Of a DNA stretch of 64,000 bases, positions 50,879 through 59,639 are shown one piece after another. The stretch comes from Candidatus Buchananbacteria bacterium. Lineage in GTDB: Bacteria > Patescibacteriota > Patescibacteriia > 2-01-FULL-39-33 > JBAYJR01. Below the pieces are notes generated by a model. That model saw nothing but the letters and a program-made list of their open reading frames with translations, did not search any database and was not told the DNA's origin. Position numbers and translations under genes: made by a program. The stretch covers positions 4,727 through 68,726 of the forward strand of contig JBAYJR010000001.1 of assembly GCA_041665005.1 (NCBI GenBank). The letters run 5' to 3'. Numbering within the stretch: position 1 is the first letter of the stretch; each line of letters begins with the position of its first letter.

Positions 50879-51736
50879 ATGAGTATTAATAGTGAGTTGA
50901 TTAAAAGATTTGCACTTTTTGCTATAGCGCCAGTTTTGCTAGTATTATTTCCAATCATAGTTACTTTCTATATTTTTAATTTTCCCGTGATGCTTTTGGA
51001 GGAGACCTCAGGTCTTTTAAGGGTTAATACAAAACAATTAGAGTTTGTAAAAAATGATTTTTTATCTAAAGGTAATATCTTAAATGTTTTATCAAAGAGT
51101 AATATTGTAAGTGAATCTATGCCCTACAATCTTTATGTTTACGTTAGTAAATCTGGAATAGCTAGTGTTCACGACGGTAGCGTTGTTGAATGCGGTTATG
51201 ATGGTGTAACTACTACCCCAGTATACTCAAAAGAAAAAATACTTTCAAGGAATATTAGAATTAAGGATATTGATAAAGTCGCTGAAAAAATTTGGTGTTC
51301 TAGTACTTATACTTGTCGTTCAATGTTTTGTGATTGGGGGGGTGTGCAAAATCTACCCTCGGCATCCTCTAGTAATTATTTTTCACTATCAACATCAACA
51401 TATCAAATATATTTGAACGCGAGTTCTACGGGTCGTCTCGCTGAATTATTCGGGTCAGTGACATCCTCTTCGGATCATTTTTTTTGGTCGACATCAACAT
51501 ATCAAATAGATTTGAATGCGAGTTCTACGAGTTGGTGGAGTGGGCGTGATAATTATAAAACTATTTCTGACAATAACAAGCAAAAAATAAAAGTTATACT
51601 TAGACCATCTTCTTTATTTGCATGGGTGCTAGTTTATTTATTGAGCGTGTTAATAAATTTGGCTATTTTGAAGTTAATCAAGGAAGTAACTTACATAATC
51701 AAGATTGGTATTGTTAAATACATAATAAAAGAGTAA
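50879..51736 (+). CDS. Hypothetical membrane protein with internal STSTYQI(Y/D)LNASST repeats; visibly lower GC than the flanks
   Basis: N- and C-terminal TM helices; the repeat appears twice; codon composition is AT-skewed relative to the neighbours. Confidence 0.45.
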   Translation: MSINSELIKRFALFAIAPVLLVLFPIIVTFYIFNFPVMLLEETSGLLRVNTKQLEFVKNDFLSKGNILNVLSKSNIVSESMPYNLYVYVSKSGIASVHDGSVVECGYDGVTTTPVYSKEKILSRNIRIKDIDKVAEKIWCSSTYTCRSMFCDWGGVQNLPSASSSNYFSLSTSTYQIYLNASSTGRLAELFGSVTSSSDHFFWSTSTYQIDLNASSTSWWSGRDNYKTISDNNKQKIKVILRPSSLFAWVLVYLLSVLINLAILKLIKEVTYIIKIGIVKYIIKE

Positions 51737-51752
51737 TATTTATTTTAATTTT

Positions 51753-51824
51753 GCCGCCATCGTCTAGTGGTTAGGACGCTAGGTTCTCATCCTGGTAACA
51801 GGGGTTCGATTCCCCTTGGCGGTA
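51753..51824 (+). tRNA. tRNA-Glu (anticodon CUC)
   Basis: Manual cloverleaf: acceptor GCCGCCA/TGGCGGT, D-arm GTCT/GGAC, anticodon stem CTAGG/CCTGG with loop TTCTCAT, T-arm AGGGG-TTCGATT-CCCCT, discriminator A; no encoded CCA. Confidence 0.85.
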
Positions 51825-51907
51825 CAATATATTTATAGTGTTAAGAGGTATAATCTGTTTATTGGTTAAATAAATTAAAAATCATGTGCATCAAAGGAGG
51901 TGCGATT

Positions 51908-52117
51908 ATGAGTGCTGTCACAGTTAACGGTGTAATAGTTCGGTATTTTGATCCGTCAAACGGTAAGGATGCTAGGGATTGTTATAACCCCAATTGTAAC
52001 ACAAATGATCCCTTAGTTGACTATTTAATGGTGGGAAGATTGATGATAGAAACTTGTGAAAGGCATCAAACTGGCTTAGCGGAAGCTAAGAAAGTTCTTG
52101 AGGCCGCTCAAAAATAA
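51908..52117 (+). CDS. Small hypothetical protein (about 70 aa)
   Basis: RBS AAAGGAGG before the ATG; terminator at 52134-52172. Confidence 0.45.
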   Translation: MSAVTVNGVIVRYFDPSNGKDARDCYNPNCNTNDPLVDYLMVGRLMIETCERHQTGLAEAKKVLEAAQK

Positions 52118-52244
52118 ACTAAACAAAAACCATCAGCGGAAGGCATTAAAGTCTTCCGCTTTTTTATTTTTTAAAAAATCTGCTATAATGTTTAGGCACC
52201 TCAAAACTTGGGGCGCAATTTTTTACTCTTAAAAACAAAATCAC

Positions 52245-52598
52245 ATGCCGGAATTAAATGAAATTTTTTTGCGGATGCAAGAAAACAAACGTCAACAAAA
52301 AGACATTCGTAAATCTTTTAAAGATGCTTTGGCCAGTTCGCCCGCTTATCACGAAGTTACGGAACAGTATAAAGTAATTAAAGAAAAGAAAAAAACTTTA
52401 GAAAACCAAGTCTGGCAGGATTTTTCGCGGGAGTTGGAGGATTTAGACAAATTTCGTCAAGATTTAAAATCCGATGAGTTAATTTTAAGTGATTTGGCGG
52501 TTAATAAAATTTTGAAAGGCGAGCAATTAAAAATTACGGATCAGTATAATCATAATTACGAGCCGATTATTGCCGTTAAGTTTAAAAAAATTGATTAG
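52245..52598 (+). CDS. Hypothetical protein
   Basis: ORF; -10 TATAAT at 52183. Confidence 0.45.
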   Translation: MPELNEIFLRMQENKRQQKDIRKSFKDALASSPAYHEVTEQYKVIKEKKKTLENQVWQDFSRELEDLDKFRQDLKSDELILSDLAVNKILKGEQLKITDQYNHNYEPIIAVKFKKID

Positions 52599-52702
52599 GC
52601 TAGTTAGGATGCAAGAATGATAGTTGCGGGTAAAGTATTGACAAAAGCTGAAAAATGGTGTATAAACAAAATACATAAGTTTATTCAAAGGAGGTTCGTC
52701 TA

Positions 52703-53089
52703 ATGGGTGAAAAAGTGTATCAATGGTTTATTGTAATAGCTTCGCCTGAGGTTAATAATTCCTTGGCAGCTTATTTCGCCAGCAAGGGAGAAATGGTTGA
52801 GCGGGAAAATTATGAACTTTACATTCCTAAAGAGGATCGTAAGGTTCAGGCTTGGGAAGTCGAATACCCAACGGTCGGCTTGTTACTGAAAAACAAGACC
52901 TTCCAATTAGATCGAGATTATAAGATATATAATCGGTGTGGCCGTAACGGTCAAGTGCGAAAGTGGTTGTTTGCCAAAAAGCGAACCACCGTCGCGGTTA
53001 AAAATAAATTGGCGGCTATGCGCCAGCCAAAAAAACCGCTATCCTGTGGGAGTAATCCCACTAGAGTAGCAGCGGTCTTCTCTAAATAA
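52703..53089 (+). CDS. Hypothetical protein
   Basis: RBS AAAGGAGG; promoter TTGACA at 52637; terminator at 53102-53133. Confidence 0.5.
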   Translation: MGEKVYQWFIVIASPEVNNSLAAYFASKGEMVERENYELYIPKEDRKVQAWEVEYPTVGLLLKNKTFQLDRDYKIYNRCGRNGQVRKWLFAKKRTTVAVKNKLAAMRQPKKPLSCGSNPTRVAAVFSK

Positions 53090-53205
53090 TCGTATTTTTT
53101 TAAGCAACCAATAATTGGTTGCTTTTTTTTGGGGGTAATTTTTGTCACAACCAGGGGATTGTGCTAAACTGAAACAGTCGCCAGATAAAAATATCATTTG
53201 AGTTT

Positions 53206-54480
53206 ATGGTTAAGGCAGTTAAAAAATTTAACTTAGTAATTATTGGCGGTGGCGCCAGTGGTTTAGTGGCAGCAATTGCCGCTAAACGTCGCCAACCGGA
53301 TTTAACCGTAGCAGTGCTAGAGCGGACTTTTGCTTTGGGTCGCAAGGTGTTAATTACCGGCGCGGGACGTTGCAATTTGGCTAATGTTAAGCTTGCTCAA
53401 AATCCCGAGCGTTATTATCAGGGTGAGACTACGGTAATTAAATCAGTGTTTGAGCAATTTGGTTATACTCAGTTGATAAATTTTTTTGCGGAGTTGGGGA
53501 TTGAAACTTATCAAGAAGTTAAAAATAATAGCGGTAAAATTTATCCGGTGACTGATTCAGCTAAAACAATTGTAGAATTATTAGTTGATGAAGCTAAGCG
53601 GTTAGGCGTTAAATTTTTATTACAAACGGAAGTTAAAAAGCTTAAAAAAACTGGTTTACAATTTAGTCTATTAACAACCACGCCAGAAGGAAAAGAGGAA
53701 ATAATAGCCGAGCAAGTAATTTTAGCCGCCGGCGGTAAAACCTATCCGGCCTTAGGGGCTAATGGCTCGGGTTATGATTTGGCGCAAAGTTTGGGGCACC
53801 AGATAGTGCCGGTTACTTGCGCTGGTGTGCCAGTGGTGGCAAAAAATTCTTTATCGCAATTATTGCAAAAAACTAAAGTTAATTTAGCCGTAACCTGCTT
53901 AATTGCTGGTCAGCCCGTGGCGCAAACTATTAATGATGTAATGTTTACGGATTACGGTTTGTCCGGCACGGCAATTTTAGAAATCAGTCGGCCCATTGCG
54001 AAAGCCTTACAGCAAAATTCTCAAAGCAAAATTATTATTGTTTTAAATTTTTTTCCGGAGCAAACCGTAGCTCAAGTTAAAACTAAATTATTTACCCGGT
54101 GGCAAAAGCGTCCCGAACAAACTTTAGAGAAAAGCTTATTGGGTTTTTGGCCGCCTAAAGTGCCAGTGGCTTTGTTAAAAGTTTTAAAAATTGAACCAAA
54201 TTTATTAGTTAAAGATTTGAGTCAGGCACAAACAAAATGGTTAATAGACAATTTGACTGCTTATGAAATAAAAGTAAGTGGCATTCGCGGTTGGCAGGAG
54301 GCCGAATTTAGCGTGGGTGGCGTGCCGGCCGCCGAAGTTAAGGTTAAAACTTTGGAATCAATTAAAGTGCCCGGTTTATATTTGGCGGGTGAAATTTTGG
54401 ATGTTGATGGTCCGTTAGGCGGTTATAATTTAGCTTGGGCTTGGGCCTCGGGTTACGTGGCTGGGCAATTACAAAAATAA
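53206..54480 (+). CDS. HI0933/BaiN-like NAD(FAD)-utilising flavoprotein
   Basis: LVIIGGGASGLVAA dinucleotide-binding motif and overall HI0933-like pattern. Confidence 0.75.
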   Translation: MVKAVKKFNLVIIGGGASGLVAAIAAKRRQPDLTVAVLERTFALGRKVLITGAGRCNLANVKLAQNPERYYQGETTVIKSVFEQFGYTQLINFFAELGIETYQEVKNNSGKIYPVTDSAKTIVELLVDEAKRLGVKFLLQTEVKKLKKTGLQFSLLTTTPEGKEEIIAEQVILAAGGKTYPALGANGSGYDLAQSLGHQIVPVTCAGVPVVAKNSLSQLLQKTKVNLAVTCLIAGQPVAQTINDVMFTDYGLSGTAILEISRPIAKALQQNSQSKIIIVLNFFPEQTVAQVKTKLFTRWQKRPEQTLEKSLLGFWPPKVPVALLKVLKIEPNLLVKDLSQAQTKWLIDNLTAYEIKVSGIRGWQEAEFSVGGVPAAEVKVKTLESIKVPGLYLAGEILDVDGPLGGYNLAWAWASGYVAGQLQK

Positions 54481-54494
54481 TTTTAATTTTTATT

Positions 54495-55070
54495 ATGTCT
54501 AAAGAAATCGTGTTTGATATTGAAACTCGGGATATCTTCTCGGCGGAAAAGAAAAATCCGTCAGATTTGCGTTTGTCGGTAGTGGTAATTTATCGGTATG
54601 AAACTAATACCTATGAACATTTTTTTGAATCAGAATTAGCTAAACTTTGGCCGTTGTTGGAACACAGCGAGCGGTTGATTGGTTATAATATTAACCATTT
54701 TGATTTGCCGGTTTTGCAAAATTCTTATTCGGGTCAATTAAGTCGTTTGCCGGCCTTAGATTTATTTGAAGAAGTGCAAAAAGCGGCCGGCTTTCGCTTG
54801 AAGCTGGAATCATTAGCGCAGGCTACTTTGGGCTATGGTAAAAGTGGTTCTGGTTTAGATGCAGTTAAATATTTTGCAGAAGGGAAGTTAAAAGAATTAG
54901 TCAAATATTGCACGGACGATGTTAAAGTAACCAAAGAATTGTATGAATATGGTTTAAAGAATAAAGAAGTTTTTTACCAAGATTTTTTTAGTAAAAATAA
55001 AATTAAAGTGCCAGTTGATTTTACGACTAAAGATTTAAAATCCTCAGTTAATTTAAGTTTACCTTTTTAG
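54495..55070 (+). CDS. RNase H-like 3'-5' exonuclease (YprB/DnaQ-like)
   Basis: FDIET acidic motif, NINHFDLPVL, C-terminal CTDDV...ELYEY; the track start at 54435 overlaps the upstream gene, so ATG at 54495 is preferred. Confidence 0.5.
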   Translation: MSKEIVFDIETRDIFSAEKKNPSDLRLSVVVIYRYETNTYEHFFESELAKLWPLLEHSERLIGYNINHFDLPVLQNSYSGQLSRLPALDLFEEVQKAAGFRLKLESLAQATLGYGKSGSGLDAVKYFAEGKLKELVKYCTDDVKVTKELYEYGLKNKEVFYQDFFSKNKIKVPVDFTTKDLKSSVNLSLPF

Positions 55071-55096
55071 CTGTTGAAAGCTTAGTTAAGGCCTAA

Positions 55097-55125
55097 TTGG
55101 ACTAACAGTTTAGTCCAATTTTTTG
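55097..55125 (+). terminator. Intrinsic terminator
   Basis: ttggactaa-cagt-ttagtccaa plus TTTTTTG. Confidence 0.7.
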
Positions 55126-55143
55126 TTTTATTATTTACGTATT

Positions 55144-55207
55144 TTTTGTCATTCCGGCCTACGAGCCGGAATCTAGCCCCTTTGTCATTCCTGGCTTGAC
55201 CAGGAAT
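55144..55207. repeat. Two tandem 36 nt repeats, each TTTGTCATTCC followed by a palindromic hairpin (CCGGC...GCCGG and CCTGG...CCAGG)
   Basis: tttgtcattccggcctacgagccggaat / tttgtcattcctggcttgaccaggaat; the stems are kept by compensatory changes. Confidence 0.7.
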
Positions 55208-55567
55208 CCGGATTAATTAATTTTGTCACTATTACTCCAGAAGTGATTACTTCTCAGCAGAACATTCTCCTTATTATTTCTTGTTCTTTTGGCAGCAAAA
55301 GAACCAAAACTGCTGGGTGACAAATTCACTAGTTGCTACTTAGGATATGTAGTGAATTAATCCTTGACGTTCAATTGTCACCCAGACCCAGGGTGGTTCT
55401 GCCCGCGTTAAATATAAATAATAATAAAAACACCCAATAGAACTTAGATTGGTTGTCGGACTAAGGATGGTTATCTGGGGTTTAGGTCGGTTGTAAAAAG
55501 TATGGGTTTTTGTTAAGATAGACAAAGCTTAACTGCTAAACATCAGTCAAATTTTTATAGTATTTAT

Positions 55568-56635
55568 ATGCCCCAACTTTGCCCCGAACTCACTACCAAA
55601 CTAGCCCCCCTCAAACAACTCAAACAAGAGTTTGATTTGGAATTAACCAAAGCTCAGAGTTTAAGTCCTAATAAACCAGAGGATTTAGTTTTGGTTAGGG
55701 AGGCTAAGATTAAATTAGAACAAGCCTCTCAAGCTTTTCAAGATCTCCAAAACGAACTCTGGTTAGAAACCCCCGAACTAACCCCAGAAAACCTTAAAGC
55801 CCAGTATGAAGCCCAAGTAGACATTCTCCGTAAAAACAACCTCCTAAAAACCCTCTCCACTGGCGAATTAGGTATTGAAGCAATTGATAAGCGGGAATAC
55901 CCCATACCAACTCTAGAACAAATAGAGTTTTTTATCTTAAAAAATAAAGAATTTTTGAAAACCAAAATTCCACAAGGCTTTGTTAAACTAATTATTGTTC
56001 CCTTTGGCTTGCCAATTAGTTCCCTAATAGAGGCTTATAGCAAGGCCTTAATCGAATGCCACAAACAAGGCTGTTTATATGATGCCCAATTCCTACATTT
56101 TGAGTTTAATGCAAAACCTATCCATGATTATACCGGATGGGTCAAAGCCGAAGCCACAGGAGAGCTAGTATATTTCCCCAAAGAATACTCAAAAACTACT
56201 CATCAAGGTAAAACTAAGCAAGAACTTTTACCTACTCAAGCTTGGCAAATTCTAATGCTTGAAGACTCGCCCGATATTCCAGATAAAGGCAAGGGCAAAA
56301 CCGTTAATGGTCGTCAGCAACCAGAAGCTAACCAATCACCCAATGACTATCTTAAACAACTCCAAACCAACCTTCAGTATAAAGGCGAACAAGGCTTAAC
56401 CCCAGAATCCTGGCTAGTTTATGGTTTAGATTATTTAAAAGAAGGACGCCAAATAATTGATAGCCGGCAAGATTACTATAGAGGCTGTATTATGGTTAAT
56501 AGTTATTTTAAAGAAACTGGTTATGTGCCGACAGCCTACCCTGGCCATGGCGATATGTCGGTCACTTTGGATCGGAAGAGCCCGAACGATTCCTGGACTA
56601 TCGGTGCCACCCGCTTTGCAGTAAGTATTCTTTAA
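55568..56635 (+). CDS. Paralog B1: conserved N-terminal MPQLCPELTTKL ... EFDLELTK module plus an unknown C-terminal domain of about 300 aa
   Basis: N-terminus homologous to A1-A3; C-terminal domain shared with B3 and B4 at high nucleotide identity. Confidence 0.6.
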   Translation: MPQLCPELTTKLAPLKQLKQEFDLELTKAQSLSPNKPEDLVLVREAKIKLEQASQAFQDLQNELWLETPELTPENLKAQYEAQVDILRKNNLLKTLSTGELGIEAIDKREYPIPTLEQIEFFILKNKEFLKTKIPQGFVKLIIVPFGLPISSLIEAYSKALIECHKQGCLYDAQFLHFEFNAKPIHDYTGWVKAEATGELVYFPKEYSKTTHQGKTKQELLPTQAWQILMLEDSPDIPDKGKGKTVNGRQQPEANQSPNDYLKQLQTNLQYKGEQGLTPESWLVYGLDYLKEGRQIIDSRQDYYRGCIMVNSYFKETGYVPTAYPGHGDMSVTLDRKSPNDSWTIGATRFAVSIL

Positions 56636-56645
56636 ATAAATTTGT

Positions 56646-57833
56646 ATGCCCCAACTTTGCCCCGAACTTACAACCAAGCTAGCCTCCCTCAAACAACTCA
56701 AAGCAGAGTTTGATTTGGAATTAACCAAAATTAAAAATTTAGATTCTAAAAAATCAGATGATTTAGTTTTGGTTAGGCAAATAAAAAATCAATTGGAGTC
56801 GACCTTGAAAAGTATCCAAGAAATTATGGTAACAGTTGATTGGAAAGATTTTTATTACAGAGAACTAACTTCTGTAGAAAACAAAAATAATTATCATGAA
56901 GAGCAGGTTCTTGAAGGAAACGGTAATGGAGTGTTAGCTTTGCAGGTTTTACATGGTGGACTACGGTTGGTTTCTGGTGGCGGCGATGGTACTATTAAGC
57001 TTTGGGAGTGGGAGCTAAATCTTCCTAGTCGGTATAAAGAGAAGCAAACTTTTTCGGAGCGTTACTCAGTTTCAGCCCTGCAGGTTTTACCTGATGGTAA
57101 TATTGTTTCGGCCGCTAGTAATGGGACTATGAAGATTTGGGATCGGAATATTTATGGTTTGGTTGAAACTTCGCAGATTATTAGAGAACATATGCAGGGT
57201 TATGTACAAACACTTAAGGTTTTTCCTAGTGGTCGAATTGTTGCCGGGATTAGTAATGGTGGTATTGAAATTTGGGATAAAGACAGTCAGGGTCAATATT
57301 ATCAGGCCCAGGGTATTGCCGGGTCGGGAGGTCATGTGCTGACCTTGCAAACTTTACCGGACGGTCAGATCTTTTTTAGCAATGGTAAAATCAATATTTT
57401 GCATCAGGACAGTTGGAATCAGTATGATAGATTACAAGAAATTGATAACCAAGATCTCTTCACTCTGGTTTTGCAAGTCTTGCCCGATGGTCGGATCGTT
57501 TCGGGCACTCTGCAAGGCGACATTCAAATATGGGATCAAGATGCCAAAGGTAAATACCAATTAACTCAATCTTTTTTTGGTCACAGAAATTCTGTACGAG
57601 ATTTGCAAGTCTTGCCCGATGGTCGGATTGTTTCTGGTGGCGGGGATTACACGGTTAAAATTTGGGAACAAGACCAAGCGGGTATTTATCGTAACATTGA
57701 AACACTTTCTAGTGCTAAGGTTACCAATGACCACGGATCGGTCTATACTTTGCAGGTTTTGGCTGATGGTCGGATTTTTGCGGGTTATGGTAATAATAAT
57801 GTTATAATCTGGGATGGTGATAAGGTAAAATAA
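56646..57833 (+). CDS. Paralog B2: same N-terminal module fused to a WD40-type beta-propeller
   Basis: Repeats GDGTIKLWEW, SNGTMKIWD, GGIEIWDKD, GDIQIWDQD, GGDYTVKIWEQD and LQVLPDGRIVSG. Confidence 0.65.
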   Translation: MPQLCPELTTKLASLKQLKAEFDLELTKIKNLDSKKSDDLVLVRQIKNQLESTLKSIQEIMVTVDWKDFYYRELTSVENKNNYHEEQVLEGNGNGVLALQVLHGGLRLVSGGGDGTIKLWEWELNLPSRYKEKQTFSERYSVSALQVLPDGNIVSAASNGTMKIWDRNIYGLVETSQIIREHMQGYVQTLKVFPSGRIVAGISNGGIEIWDKDSQGQYYQAQGIAGSGGHVLTLQTLPDGQIFFSNGKINILHQDSWNQYDRLQEIDNQDLFTLVLQVLPDGRIVSGTLQGDIQIWDQDAKGKYQLTQSFFGHRNSVRDLQVLPDGRIVSGGGDYTVKIWEQDQAGIYRNIETLSSAKVTNDHGSVYTLQVLADGRIFAGYGNNNVIIWDGDKVK

Positions 57834-57843
57834 ATAAATTTAT

Positions 57844-58926
57844 ATGCCCAGACTTTGTCCCAAACTTACAACTAAACTAGAATCCACCAAAGCGCTTAAA
57901 AAAGAGTTTGATTTGGAATTTACTAAAATTAGAAATCTAAACTCTAAAAAATCCGAGGATCTTATTTTCATCAGAGACATTAAATCCAACCTGAACCAAA
58001 CCCTCCAAGACCTCCAAAACCAACTCTGGCTAGAAACCCCCGAATTAACCCGAGAAAACCTTAAAGCCCAATATGAATTTCAGAAAAACCTTCTTATTAA
58101 GGCTGGCTTAGCAAAACCTCTCTCCACTGGTGAATTAGGTATTGAAGCAATCGATAACAAAGAATACCCCATACCCACCCTAGAACAGATTGAAGAAATG
58201 ATGCTAGAAAAACGTAAGTTATTAGAAACCAAAATCCCACAAGGCTTTGTTAAGTTAGTTCTTGTTCCTTTCGGCTTGCCAATTAGCTCCCTAATAGAGG
58301 CTTATGACAAGGCCCTAACGGAATATCATCAGCGAGGTGAGCTCCTAGACACCCAAAATAAACCTTTGGGGCTTGATAAAGAGATTGGTAAAAAGTTTAT
58401 TTATGATAATGGTGCTAAATATTATATCCAAGCCGAAGCCACGGGAGATTTAGTATATTTCCCTCAAGAATACTCCAAAATTACTCATCAAGGTAAAACC
58501 AAAAAACAACTCCTAGCCACCCAAGCCTGGCAAGTCCTACTACTTGAAGACTTGCCCGACCTTCCAGATCAAGGTCAAGGTAAAATCATAGCTAAACGCC
58601 AGCAACCAGAAGCTAACCAAATACCCAAGAAGTATCTTAGACAACTCCAGACCGACCCTCAGTATAAAGGTGAACAAGGTTTAACTCCAGAATCCTGGCT
58701 AGTTTATGGCTTAAGTCACTTAGTGCAAAGTAAACAAATGATTGAGAGCGGGGAAAGAGAATATGGTTATAGGGGTTGTTATTTACTTGATAGTTGTTTT
58801 AAAAAATCTGGTGACGTGCTGTACGCCTATTTATATCGTAGCGATGCGCGGGTCAGCTTGGTTCGGAGTGCTCCGGATAGTCACAATACCTACGGTGCCG
58901 GTCGGTTTTCGGTGAGTATTTCTTGA
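57844..58926 (+). CDS. Paralog B3: same architecture as B1
   Basis: MPRLCPKLTTKL ... then ETPELTRENLKAQYE ... GFVKLVLVPFGLPISSLIEAY. Confidence 0.6.
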   Translation: MPRLCPKLTTKLESTKALKKEFDLEFTKIRNLNSKKSEDLIFIRDIKSNLNQTLQDLQNQLWLETPELTRENLKAQYEFQKNLLIKAGLAKPLSTGELGIEAIDNKEYPIPTLEQIEEMMLEKRKLLETKIPQGFVKLVLVPFGLPISSLIEAYDKALTEYHQRGELLDTQNKPLGLDKEIGKKFIYDNGAKYYIQAEATGDLVYFPQEYSKITHQGKTKKQLLATQAWQVLLLEDLPDLPDQGQGKIIAKRQQPEANQIPKKYLRQLQTDPQYKGEQGLTPESWLVYGLSHLVQSKQMIESGEREYGYRGCYLLDSCFKKSGDVLYAYLYRSDARVSLVRSAPDSHNTYGAGRFSVSIS

Positions 58927-58959
58927 TCTTTGTTTTTAGTTAATAATTAGTTCCAGCTA

Positions 58960-58989
58960 TTGACAATAATTAATTTGCTTGCTATAATA
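58960..58989 (+). promoter_or_regulatory. Promoter TTGACA-18-TATAAT
   Basis: Consensus hexamers; followed immediately by a hairpin plus T-tract in the 5' UTR. Confidence 0.55.
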
Positions 58990-59000
58990 TTTTCACTTTA

Positions 59001-59024
59001 AAAGCCTGTAGGCTTTTTTATTTT
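59001..59024 (+). terminator. Leader hairpin plus U-tract (attenuator-like) between the promoter and the RBS of the small peptide gene
   Basis: aaagcc-tgta-ggcttt followed by tttatttt. Confidence 0.5.
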
Positions 59025-59042
59025 ACCAAGGAGGTAAACAAA

Positions 59043-59183
59043 TTGATTAAAAACAATCAAACAACAGGGGATGGTAAGCAGGATAAGGCAAACAGCTGTC
59101 AGAGGCATTTTGAGTACCAAATGCCCGATGGCAGTATTATCTGCTATCATTGTGGGGAAGCCTTAATAAAGGCTAAACCCTAA
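59043..59183 (+). CDS. Small Cys/His peptide (46 aa; LIKNNQTTGDGKQDKANSCQRHFEYQMPDGSIICYHCGEALIKAKP)
   Basis: Strong RBS AAGGAGG 8 nt before TTG; below the track size cutoff; terminator at 59198-59228. Confidence 0.4.
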   Translation: MIKNNQTTGDGKQDKANSCQRHFEYQMPDGSIICYHCGEALIKAKP

Positions 59184-59294
59184 ATTTTCCCCGAATCACC
59201 GGCGTTAATATTTAATGCCGGTTTTTTATTTGACAAAGAGTCTTGGCCAATGTTATACTAAATATGATAAATCATACTAATCATATTAAACCAT

Positions 59295-59576
59295 ATGAAC
59301 AAAAAAATCAGCGGACACCTTGATGCCCAGTGCTATGGTGTGACCACCTTGGGCGAGCGGGGACAAATTGTTATTCCTAACGAATTGCGCCAAGCTTTGC
59401 GTTTGCGAAGTGGTGATAAACTGCTAGTATTTAGTCGTTTTGATAAACTAATTGCTTTGGTTAAAGCCACAGAGTTGGAAAGTTTTTTAAATTATATGAT
59501 GAAAAAGTTTGGCCCAAAAATCATCCCAGCCCAGTATCGTTCGCATTTAGCCAAGGCTAAAACTAAGAAAAAATAA
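59295..59576 (+). CDS. AbrB/MazE/SpoVT-family DNA-binding protein
   Basis: Swapped-hairpin motif VTTLGERGQIVIPNELRQALRLRSGDKLLVF; promoter TTGACA-18-TATACT at 59232. Confidence 0.65.
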   Translation: MNKKISGHLDAQCYGVTTLGERGQIVIPNELRQALRLRSGDKLLVFSRFDKLIALVKATELESFLNYMMKKFGPKIIPAQYRSHLAKAKTKKK

Positions 59577-59639
59577 CTGGCCAAATTGGGCTAAAAGTGC
59601 TATAGTAATTAAATAATATTATAATTTTTAATAAAATTT

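Noticed and set aside
55144-55207. Possible CRISPR repeats (two 36 nt repeats with internal palindromes)
   Set aside because: Only two units, directly adjacent with no spacer, and the sequences differ by compensatory changes. No cas genes.
57087-57807. Several 60-87 aa ORFs on both strands inside the WD40 paralog B2
   Set aside because: They are alternative frames of a repeat-rich CDS. None has an RBS.
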